A stretch of 55,151 nt of DNA, taken from the NCBI GenBank assembly GCA_013202865.1, contig JABMRB010001404.1:1-55151 (forward strand), read 5' to 3'. The number at the start of each line of letters is the position of its first letter. Within the stretch, counting starts at the first letter, position 1. The notes below the pieces were generated by a model. The model made no database searches. It was not told the DNA's origin and worked only from the letters and a program-made list of their open reading frames with translations. A program made the translations under genes and the position numbers. The stretch comes from Candidatus Nealsonbacteria bacterium. Lineage in GTDB: Bacteria; Planctomycetota; Planctomycetia; Pirellulales; Thermoguttaceae. Below are positions 1 to 8,119 of this stretch, piece after piece.

Positions 1-626
1 AAAGCAGTATGTGTTTTGTCACGGTTTTGCCGCTAAGGCTGTAATATGTGCTCTCCGAATCGTGCCTAATAAACGCAACAAGCCTGCAGAGCATACGAAA
101 TGCGCTGCAGGCAGTGTGTTATCTATCTAATATGTAATAAGGTGCCAGTTACTTCCCAGAGAAGTGCTGACAACACAAAAACGTATTCAAGTACGCAGGA
201 TGATGAGTACGGCAGATCTCTTTTCGACGCTAGCGATCGGGAAGAACGCCTTCGGTCGATTCGTTCAGTCTATCACCCAGGATCGTTCAGGTAAAGGAAT
301 CCAACTACGTGTTTTTCGGAATATCGCAGCATTTGGGAGTCATACCACCATAGAGCGCCAACTTGCGGCAGACAGAAGACGGCACGTGTGAGCGAGGCCA
401 ACGGTTCGAACGCATGTCCCGCTCAAGTCTGAAACCCACGAGGGACAGATATCTCGGTTCCCGACTATCCCATCTTCCATCAGTCTCCTGCTTGTTGGTC
501 GCACTAGATTGGTCGGGCCGTGAGAAAGTCCCTGCTTGCCATCAGGTGACCACGAAGAACAAGGCAGCGGATCAGAACCTGCAGTGTGATAAAGGGCGCT
601 AGAAGCTTCCCAAGAAAAGGTGGCGG

Positions 627-1016
627 ATGCCCTGCCATCGACGGCAGGTTGGTGATTTGGATTGCCTTGGCGACACGAGTTTCATCACCGAGTACCAGAG
701 GAACATCAAGAATGCCATCGACTTGGGGCTGGAGGCAAGCCCCATTGCGGCAGCCGTCAAAGAACTGCTCTCCGATGGCACCATCGGTTTCATTCCTGGA
801 CGCTGGGAAGGAACGGCGACCGAGTTATTAACCAAGTTGGATGAACGGGTCAGCTACCAACAGTATGTCCAGAAATCGTACCCCAAGAGTGCCAAGGCGC
901 TGAGCAATCGTCTCCGCCGAGATGCCCCAGCCATGAGGGTCGTCGGTATCGACGTGGAGTTCCAGAAGTCGGGGTCTGTCCGCGTGATCAAGTTCTCACC
1001 CGTTAATAATCGGTGA
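627..1016 (+). CDS. hypothetical protein; possible C-terminal remnant of a mobile-element replication (primase/helicase-type) protein
   Basis: 129-aa ORF. An in-frame TAG at 600-602 lies just upstream, and 1-600 has no convincing long ORF. The tail KSAKALSNRLRRDAPAMRVVGIDVEFQKSGSVRVIKF resembles C-terminal tails of plasmid/phage primase-helicase proteins, recalled from memory only. An iteron-like repeat array follows immediately. Confidence 0.3.
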   Translation: MPCHRRQVGDLDCLGDTSFITEYQRNIKNAIDLGLEASPIAAAVKELLSDGTIGFIPGRWEGTATELLTKLDERVSYQQYVQKSYPKSAKALSNRLRRDAPAMRVVGIDVEFQKSGSVRVIKFSPVNNR

Positions 1017-1030
1017 TATCCTCGACCTTC

Positions 1031-1250
1031 CTAACGTCCCAATGATGTCCCATTTGGGACGTTAGTGGGACATTAACGTACCAAGGGAAACCCCTATATT
1101 ACAAGCATTTGCCGAGATTTGGGACATTAGGGACGTTTCGTTGCCTACCATTACACTCAGCACCAATGGGTAAGATAGTGGAAAAGGAGGAAGGAAGAAG
1201 AGACTCCAGGAGTACGTATCCAAACGTCCCTAACGTCCCAAATGTCCCAA
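1031..1250. repeat. array of about 9 copies of TGGGAC(G/A)T in both orientations (iteron/operator-like)
   Basis: Read directly. Minus orientation: CTAACGTCCCA 1031-1041 and ATGATGTCCCA 1042-1052. Plus orientation: TGGGACGTTAG 1055-1065 and TGGGACATTAA 1066-1076. TTTGGGACATTAGGGACGTTT at 1118-1138. AAACGTCCCTAACGTCCCAAATGTCCCAA at 1222-1250, which is the inverted counterpart of 1118-1138 with one extra unit. Confidence 0.85.
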
Positions 1251-2471
1251 CTCGGTCTCCCTGTGAGTTCGCCCCCTGGCAAGATTGGGTTGCTTGCTGG
1301 GCGGCTATTAACGTCGTTTCAATCGGTTGGCGCGGCTACTTCGACTTTTGCCAGACGCCCGGCCCCAACACTCATGGATGGGACTTCTTGCTGTCGAGTC
1401 AAAAGCTCCGGTGCCGCTTTTTACACGAACGTGCTCGTTGCATAATTGATAACTCAACAACTATTTCCAAAAAGCTCCGGGGAAGGGTGGTCGGGCCGCC
1501 CTACTGGCGACGTCCACGCCGCTTCTGTTGTGCCGCTGGCTTGCATCTGGTGGCAGGGCGGTTTAGGAAGGCCGGTGTCAAGTGGCGTCGCCGGATGGCG
1601 TGCCGTCATACATCTACCGATGGTTCACGTATCAGAATGCCCCGCATATCTCGGCTTTGGGGACGGTTGGCGTGGCAGGATAGGGTCTGGGCTTTGTTGT
1701 TCACGAGCAATCAACCTCCAGCCGCCTAACTCCCGGACGACATCTTGACCTTTCCTGGTCAGCATCAGGTGTGTCGTCGCCCGGCTGCCTGACGGACTGT
1801 TTCGCTCGATTAAGCGGAAGCGGCAAGTCTTCCTGCCGGATTCGAGAACTTCACCCACTCTGGCCGCTGAGCGTCTCGGCGTCGCTGTCGCATTGCCCAC
1901 GACACGCCCAGGCCGGGTTCACTGAGCCCGCAACGTTGGGCGTCGAATAGGCCCAATAGCCCGGATTATTCACGATGACGCGGAATCTCGGTATTCGCAG
2001 TACCGGCCCGATACATAGTGTCTATGGGGGGCGTGTTTGTAATCGCCTTTGTCACAACGACTTACGAGGACACTGAGCTTTCTTGTGAATAAGCCGGGAT
2101 AGTAGTTCCATTTGTGCCAGTGTCAGTTGATTGTTCATTGGCGTCGCTCAATGCGGTGTGTGTCTTGGGTCGGTCAAGCCGTATGAGTACGACGTGAAGG
2201 CCGAAGACAAAGAGATCGTCACGAAATGACTGATCTTAGGGGTTGCCGAGACGATTGAAGACCGTCATGACGGGTGGTGGACGGCGGATCCGGCACTTGA
2301 CACTCGCTGGCCCACCAGTCATTATAGGTCTTAGGGAGTTTCGTTTACGGGTGCTCCGCGCTCCCACTTTCTCCTTGGTGTCGTAGAGGTCTTCCGATCG
2401 ACGCCTACTTGCCATTTCCGACACGCAGCCGAGACGAATGTCTCCCGACCACCTTGAGGAGTTCCCCGCGA

Positions 2472-3167
2472 ATGACTAGCGAACGCAACGTAGAAGTTTA
2501 TTGGCACGAACATGCCGTCTCGCGCGATGAGCGGGAACAGTTTTTCGGGCATCGTGGATGCGTCATCTGGTTTACCGGCCTGAGCGGCTCCGGCAAGAGC
2601 ACGATCGCCAATCTGGTCGACCACAAACTGCACTCGATGGGCGTGCGCAGCTTCGTGCTTGATGGCGACAATGTCCGCCACGGCCACGGCCTGAATGCTG
2701 CACCGGCCGGCCTGAAATCCCGCCATGGCGAGGAGTTCGCCGACCGGTTCGGACTGGGGTTCTCGGCCCAGGACCGCGAGGAGAACATTCGCCGGATCGG
2801 CGCCGTGGCGAGACTCTTCTGCGACGCCGGGCTGATCGCGGTTACGGCGTTCATCAGCCCTTATCGGGCCGACCGGGCAGGGGCTCGAGCGTTGATCCCG
2901 GCGCCCGACTTCGTCGAGATCTTTGTCGATGTCCCCCTGGATGTGTGCGAAGCACGCGACCCCAAGGGACTCTACAAGAAGGCCCGGGCGGGTGAAATCA
3001 AGGGGTTCACCGGTATCGACGCCCCCTACGAACAGCCGGAAAACCCGGAACTGGTGCTCGACGCCGACGCGAAATCGGCCGAGATGCTGGCCGACGAGGT
3101 GATCGCGTACCTGCGGGCGACCGACAAGATCGCCATGGGGTCCGAATCGGCGGTTGGTGCCACGTAG
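2472..3167 (+). CDS. cysC: adenylylsulfate (APS) kinase
   Basis: P-loop [66 protein letters not shown]. ATG at 2472 is chosen over the upstream ORF start at 2409. There is a ~19-aa insertion after DGDNVRHG relative to E. coli CysC as I remember it. Confidence 0.93.
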   Translation: [231 protein letters not shown]

Positions 3168-3384
3168 GAATCGAGTTCGAAAACGACCAGTTGGGGCAGA
3201 GTGAGTTCGACTGCGCTACCGGTCTACCGCTGGATCTACCGATCAAAACCCCTCTAACGGGCCGTTTCGCGAAAATTTCTTCGGCGGCTTGCGACAAATG
3301 GCGGTTCGGCGGCCAATAGGTTTCCAGAGAGGCGGTTCTCTCTCGGAAAACATCAGAGACGGTATTCATTCAAAGGGAAAGATC

Positions 3385-3552
3385 ATGAAACGCTGGATTC
3401 TCGGATTGGCTGCATTGATGGTACTGGTAAATGCTGGACAGGTTCAGGCGAGTGCAGGAAATGACGTTGTGCCCGAACCGTCGACCGTCGTCATTTGGTC
3501 GGTGCTGGCAGCCCTCGGCGTGGCTTACACTTGGTGCCGGCGGAAACGCTGA
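3385..3552 (+). CDS. minimal PEP-CTERM sorting-domain protein (55 aa)
   Basis: Signal peptide MKRWILGLAALMVLVNAGQVQA is followed after 7 residues (SAGNDVV) by PEPST, a hydrophobic helix VVIWSVLAALGVAYTW and a basic tail CRRKR. A purine-rich AAAGGGAAAG lies upstream of ATG 3385. Confidence 0.8.
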   Translation: MKRWILGLAALMVLVNAGQVQASAGNDVVPEPSTVVIWSVLAALGVAYTWCRRKR

Positions 3553-3806
3553 ACTGTAGCGAGCACAGACCTCCATACGCGGATCCTGCCGAAAAATCGA
3601 CGAACGTCGTGTGGCCCGGGTTCTGGCTGTCGCTGCCCGTGTTGCACTCGAAGGCACGCTGCGAACGGCTTGCATGCGAGCCTCCAATTCATAGCCCCTG
3701 CCGATGCATGACCGAGTTGATCGCAAATACGTATCCACGGATGGCAAGATGGCGTGGATGCGCGGTATACGCAAGTCAATCCCCCCCAGAAAGTCGAGGG
3801 TGCTAG

Positions 3807-3835
3807 TTGACTTGTGGGGTATTGGGGAATAAACT
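3807..3835 (+). promoter_or_regulatory. candidate sigma70-like promoter (TTGACT-17 nt-TAAACT)
   Basis: TTGACT 3807-3812, 17-nt spacer, TAAACT 3830-3835, about 300 nt upstream of the NusG-like gene. Whether the E. coli consensus applies in this organism is unknown. Confidence 0.2.
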
Positions 3836-4139
3836 AGGTACTCCTTGGCGAAGGCACGGTCGCCTTTGCGAAGGGAGTTTCGGTTGAACGAAAGGACCCC
3901 GTCCCGAGCGCCGCAAGCAGGTTCACACTTCGGAGAGTTCCCACCACACGTTTAGCAGAATTCCCACCCCCCAGGTTTGGCAGTCATTCAACCGTTCCCT
4001 GGCTATCGGTTGTTCGCTCTGCGCGCATCCCGAGCGGTCGGCACGGTTGGTGAGATTTCGGAAATCCGCGGTGATTGACCACTTTGAGTGGCAGGAACAC
4101 AGCCCGGACATGCCGATTCGGAAAAGGAGAAGAGAAAAG

Positions 4140-4787
4140 ATGCCTATCGCAGACCGCGATACGTTTGTCAGCGGCGCGGAGCCGACCATTTATCCGAACG
4201 ATTTGTTCGACGTCGCCCGAGATGGCCGGCCCGATCATCGGTGGTGGGTCCTCCACACGAAATCTCGCCAAGAGAAGGCGATTGCCCGAGAATTGCGCGA
4301 ATGGCGCGCGCCGTACTATCTGCCGCTGGTTGAGAAAACAACCGTTTATCCTCGACGGAGAGTGACTTCGTACATTCCATTGTTGCGAAGCTACATTTTT
4401 CTGTACGGGTCGGAAGACGACCGGAACCGCGGCCTGAAAACGAACCGCGTTGTGCAGATTCTCGCCGTGCCCGACCAAGACGAAATTCGAGAGGATCTTC
4501 ACCGGCTCTACCGGTTGATCGCTTCTGGTGCGCCGCTGACCGTCGAAAGTCGATTTCGCCCGGGCCATTGTGTTCGCATTCGGCGAGGGCCTTTTGCGGG
4601 ACTTGAGGGCACGGTGATGAAACGTCGGGACGAGACGCGGTTGATCGTGAGTGTCAACTTCCTGCAACAGGGAGCTTCCGTCGAGATTGAAGACTTCATG
4701 CTGGAGCCGATCGATACGGCTTGCTACGTCTCGAAGGGCAACATTGAGGATCGACACGGCTCACTATGTCTCGAAGGGCAACATTGA
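4140..4787 (+). CDS. NusG/RfaH-like transcription antitermination paralog (NGN + KOW)
   Basis: NGN-like HRWWVLHTKSRQEKAIARELR...YLPL, and KOW-like GHCVRIRRGPFAGLEGTVMKRRD. AAGGAG-like RBS before ATG 4140. The present stop at 4785-4787 is created by the 40-bp tandem repeat. Confidence 0.72.
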   Translation: MPIADRDTFVSGAEPTIYPNDLFDVARDGRPDHRWWVLHTKSRQEKAIARELREWRAPYYLPLVEKTTVYPRRRVTSYIPLLRSYIFLYGSEDDRNRGLKTNRVVQILAVPDQDEIREDLHRLYRLIASGAPLTVESRFRPGHCVRIRRGPFAGLEGTVMKRRDETRLIVSVNFLQQGASVEIEDFMLEPIDTACYVSKGNIEDRHGSLCLEGQH

Positions 4788-4830
4788 GGATCGACACGGC
4801 TCACTATGTCTCGAAGGGCAACATTGAAGT
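4711..4830. repeat. three tandem copies of a 40-bp unit
   Basis: Copies at 4711-4750, 4751-4790 and 4791-4830. Copy 2 vs copy 3 has 2 mismatches; copy 1 vs copy 2 has 4. The copies are contiguous with no spacers. Confidence 0.95.
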
Positions 4831-4954
4831 GAAAGTGATTGAGCGGGTGCCGATTTGAAAGAAGCGAGCAACCTGCACTGTTAGAAGTAGGGATTTTGGA
4901 TTGCCACCCATTTCTCTGACGATTTGCCGGAAGAAAAGACGGGAGACCACCACG

Positions 4955-5689
4955 ATGCACCCCGAGCCAACTGTCTTTGTGGTCGACGAAGATGCGTCGA
5001 TCTGCGAACTTGTCGTGGATCTTTGCCGGACGTTGGACGTACGTTGCGAGGCGTACACGTCGGGCTTGACGTTCCTGGACGAGTATGACGGCAGTTCTGA
5101 CGGTTGTCTGGTCGTTGAGGCCCGAATGATGGGAGCCAGTGGTCTGCAGATTCAGCGGCGGCTGGTTTCCGAGAAAATTCCCTTGCCGGTGATTGTGATG
5201 ACGGAGCGGGCAAACATCCCGATGGTTGTGGCGGCGATGCGAAACGGGGCAATCGAATTCCTCGAGAAGCCTTTCCGTCAACACAGAATGTGGGAGGCAA
5301 TCCAGGAAGCGCTTCGCCTGGGCCGTGAGCGATCACGTATGCGCCGACGCCGCAAGGAGTTGAATCGTCTTCTCGATAACTTGACGGCCAGGGAGCAGGA
5401 GGTGCTCCAAATGCTTCGCACAGGAAAGGCAAATCGAGGCATTGCCGAGAAAATGGGTGTGTGTGTGCGGACGATCGAGATGCATCGGGCCAAATTGATG
5501 ACGAAGCTCGAAGTAAGGACTCTGCCGCACCTGGTAATGGTGGCGGAACTCGCGGCCGAGCCGTCGTCCGATAATGAGAAGGTGTCTCTGGTGGGCCCCG
5601 GACGGCATATCCACTCACGGATCGATCCGGGCGACTCCTATGGAACACCCGCGGATTCCCTCGTGAAGGCCAAGTTCATGACCGAGTGA
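4955..5689 (+). CDS. FixJ/NarL-family response regulator (receiver + LuxR HTH), acceptor Asp replaced by Glu
   Basis: Receiver: VFVVDEDAS, LVVEARMMGASG (Glu where FixJ has D54), VIVMT, EKPF. HTH: LTAREQEVLQML..GKANRGIAEKMGVCVRTIEMHRAKLMTKL. GGGAG lies about 10 nt before ATG 4955. Confidence 0.85.
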   Translation: MHPEPTVFVVDEDASICELVVDLCRTLDVRCEAYTSGLTFLDEYDGSSDGCLVVEARMMGASGLQIQRRLVSEKIPLPVIVMTERANIPMVVAAMRNGAIEFLEKPFRQHRMWEAIQEALRLGRERSRMRRRRKELNRLLDNLTAREQEVLQMLRTGKANRGIAEKMGVCVRTIEMHRAKLMTKLEVRTLPHLVMVAELAAEPSSDNEKVSLVGPGRHIHSRIDPGDSYGTPADSLVKAKFMTE

Positions 5690-5828
5690 CAGGCAGTGCG
5701 TCTTCTGGCCGAATAGGGGCCGTCGGCCACCGAATCGACTCAGTTGACAGGGGCCGTGCTTGCAGGAGTTCCGCTGGCCGGGGTAGTGTGCGTGGTTGCC
5801 CGTGAAGAAGTGCGGATAACCACATCCA

Positions 5829-6359
5829 GGATTCGCAGGACCGCATGACAGTTGCGGAGTAAGAGGAAAGCACTCGGTTTTTGGCAAGAACTTCCGCAAT
5901 CCCGCAAGAATATTGCGGTCCGGCTATTGCCCCCCGCTTGCGTTGCTACCATACTAGACCCACCTGCATGGAGGCGTGGGGTCATCTCGAAACGGAGTTT
6001 GTCCGATGTGCAGAGATTGTTCACAGCCACGAAGGGATGCGACGCAGGTTGCATAAGCCAAGGGGACGGAGTCTATCCACTTAGGTCGGTGTGGGTGGCC
6101 ATGGCAGGCTTCGCGGGACCGAACGACACCTACGGAGTAAAGAAAAAGCATCCGGTGTTTGGCAGAAACATTCGGAATCCCGCGAGATAATTGCGGTCTG
6201 GCTATTGCCCCCCGTTTGATCTGCCACGATAATGCTGGACTGGCCCGCGCGGGATCGCGGTGTCATCTTGAAACGGAGTTTGTCCGATGCGCAGAGATTT
6301 CTTACAGCCACGAAGGGATGCGACGGAAGTTGCATAAGCCAAGGGGACGGAGTCTACCC
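5829..6359. repeat. diverged tandem duplication of a noncoding module, roughly 250 bp per copy (possible structured RNA/leader)
   Basis: Copy A is 5829-6078 and copy B is 6107-6359, with an offset of 278-281 nt and roughly 75-80 percent identity by eye. Weaker similarity extends about 40 nt upstream of each copy. Conserved hairpin: CCGCAA-GAATA-TTGCGG (5902-5918) versus CCGCGA-GATAA-TTGCGG (6180-6196). Confidence 0.85.
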
Positions 6360-6397
6360 GGGCGAGTTGCTTTGACGTACTGCTCTGATCCGTTCTG

Positions 6398-7969
6398 ATG
6401 GAATCTCAAACAGCACTGAACTGTCTGGAACAGGCGGTCCTGCTGATCTCCGTCGCGCTCAGTCTGCTGCTGACCGCGTGGATCCGCAAGGGGGCGCTAT
6501 GGATAGGTTTTGTCGACCGTCCGGACGACCGCCGTAAGCTCCACGAACAGCCGATACCGTTGGGTGGGGGGTTGGCGGTCTACTTGACGGTAGCGACCGT
6601 CCTCGGCGTCTTGCTGCTCATTCCGGGCAGACTGCACGAACTCCTCTGGTCGCGATGTCCGGACCTGCCCGCGCTGCTGGTGGCCAGCGGGGTGCTCATG
6701 GTCATCGGATTGATTGACGACTACGTCGGATTGCCGGGCAGACAGAAACTACTCGGCCAGATTCTGGTAGTCCTCGGGTTATTGCTGGTGGCTGACGGGC
6801 TGGTCGTGAATCGAATCGAGATAATGGGCCGCGTGATCGAACTCGGTCCGTTTGCCTTGCTCTTGACGGCCTGCTGGTTGCTCGGCGCCATCAATGCCCT
6901 GAACCTGTTGGATGGGATTGACGGTTTGGCGACCATGGTGGGGATTATTTTGAGTTGCACGATCGCGCTGATGGCCGTGTTGACCGGTCACATGGCAACC
7001 GCGATTGTCGCGTTTGTGATGGTTGGCAGTCTCGCCGGGTTCTTCCGCTACAACTTTCCTCCGGCAAAGATGTTTCTTGGGGACGCGGGTAGCATGTTGA
7101 TTGGATTCTTCCTGGGAGTCCTTGCCATCCAAGGGTCGCTAAAAGGGGCGGGGACGGCTTTGCTGTCGGCTCCGCTGGCGATCTGGGCCATCCCCATCTT
7201 CGACTCTGGCACGGCCGTTCTGCGACGGAAGCTGACCGGCCGCAGCATTTTCGCGACGGATCGGGCCCACCTGCATCACCGACTGATGCAGCTTCTTGGC
7301 AACAATCGAAGGGTGCTCGCGTTTGTGGCAGTTTGCTGCATCATGACTTCGCTGGCTGCCCTGATCGGTGTCGCTGTGAAAAGCGATCTGGTTGCCATGA
7401 TCGCCTGTTTTGCGATCTTTTTCGTTCTCGTGGCTACCGGTATTTTCGGGCGAACAGAGTTCTTGCTGCTGACAAACCGGTTACGCACGTTTGGCGGGAC
7501 CTTTGTGTCGCCAACTCGCCGAAAGCAGAAACAACACGGATCTGCTATCGTCCGAATACATGGTTCGCGGCGATGGGAAGGGCTTTGGGCCGAATTTGTC
7601 GAATCGGCCGGAACCTCGTTCATTCGGGAGATCCGCCTGGAAATAGATTACTCGGGTGAACACGAGACGTATGAGGCGTTTTGGCGACCAGCGGAAGCCG
7701 ATTCAGAAGATCGGTGCTGGGAAGTGAGACTGCCGATTCTCGTAGCCAATCGTCCCCTGGCACACTTGGCAGTCGTTGGCGAACGCAATGGGCTTTCTCC
7801 GTTTGAAGAGATTCGTCGGTTGCTGGAGCTTGTTGAACCTTTCGAGAAGGAACTACAGGCGGATTCAGACGACCGCACCATGCAATCGGTACCGGCGGGA
7901 TTCTCCCTGCTGAAAGGGAAGCGACACGCAACGAGAGTTGCGAGTCCCGCGGGGAGGCGACCCAAGTGA
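6398..7969 (+). CDS. WecA/MraY-family (GT4 polyprenyl-phosphate sugar-1-phosphate transferase) initiating enzyme with ~170-aa C-terminal extension
   Basis: IDDYVGLPGRQKLLGQ, NALNLLDGIDGLA, FRYNFPPAKMFLGDAGSMLIGF, IPIFDSGTAVLRRKLTGRSIFATDRAHLHHRL. A non-membrane tail starts at about aa 355. Confidence 0.88.
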   Translation: MESQTALNCLEQAVLLISVALSLLLTAWIRKGALWIGFVDRPDDRRKLHEQPIPLGGGLAVYLTVATVLGVLLLIPGRLHELLWSRCPDLPALLVASGVLMVIGLIDDYVGLPGRQKLLGQILVVLGLLLVADGLVVNRIEIMGRVIELGPFALLLTACWLLGAINALNLLDGIDGLATMVGIILSCTIALMAVLTGHMATAIVAFVMVGSLAGFFRYNFPPAKMFLGDAGSMLIGFFLGVLAIQGSLKGAGTALLSAPLAIWAIPIFDSGTAVLRRKLTGRSIFATDRAHLHHRLMQLLGNNRRVLAFVAVCCIMTSLAALIGVAVKSDLVAMIACFAIFFVLVATGIFGRTEFLLLTNRLRTFGGTFVSPTRRKQKQHGSAIVRIHGSRRWEGLWAEFVESAGTSFIREIRLEIDYSGEHETYEAFWRPAEADSEDRCWEVRLPILVANRPLAHLAVVGERNGLSPFEEIRRLLELVEPFEKELQADSDDRTMQSVPAGFSLLKGKRHATRVASPAGRRPK

Positions 7970-8119
7970 GTCGACGGATTTCGGGGCGAGGTTGCACCGC
8001 AAGGGGTGCGTGCAGTTCTGTTGAGGGCTTGGTGGTATCTCAGTTCGGACAAGCAGTTCGCTCCCGATCTGAAGTGAGTTCAGACATGATGGAACGTGCG
8101 AATAGTGAGGGTGATTACT

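Noticed and set aside
1109-1729. 206-aa + strand ORF across the repeat array
   Set aside because: It is Trp/Arg/Cys-rich with low-complexity translation, it runs through the TGGGACRT repeats (the NVPNVPNVP stretch is the repeat read in frame), and it has no RBS or recognisable family motif.
1625-1900. 91-aa minus-strand ORF with a faint MarR-like wing pattern (RLIERNSPSGSRATTHLMLTRKGQDV)
   Set aside because: It is too short for a MarR protein. A TGA closes the frame a few codons upstream of the start, so no N-terminal HTH is possible. The resemblance is weak. At best it is a decayed fragment.
3984-4757. 257-aa minus-strand ORF. Similar long antisense ORFs occur at 4881-5648, 10302-10919, 15678-16208, 19302-20168, 26433-27179, 28119-28748, 36998-37864, 38957-39691, 40864-41730, 51439-52194, 51785-52528 and 53901-54527.
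   Set aside because: Each lies fully antisense to a + strand gene with clear family motifs. Their translations are Arg/Pro/Gly-rich with no recognisable motifs, which is typical of shadow ORFs in GC-rich DNA.
4711-4830. Possible CRISPR array
   Set aside because: The 40-bp units are directly contiguous with no spacers, there are only three copies, and no cas genes are present in the window.
5740-6398. Small ORFs on both strands within the tandem duplication at 5829-6359 (for example 5881-6084 +, 6159-6398 +, 5740-6054 -, 6081-6335 -)
   Set aside because: All frames stay open because the only indel is 3 nt. There is no Shine-Dalgarno sequence before any start, the translations are Cys/Arg-rich, and substitutions are not clearly codon-periodic. 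Coding cannot be fully excluded and is noted in the corresponding finding.
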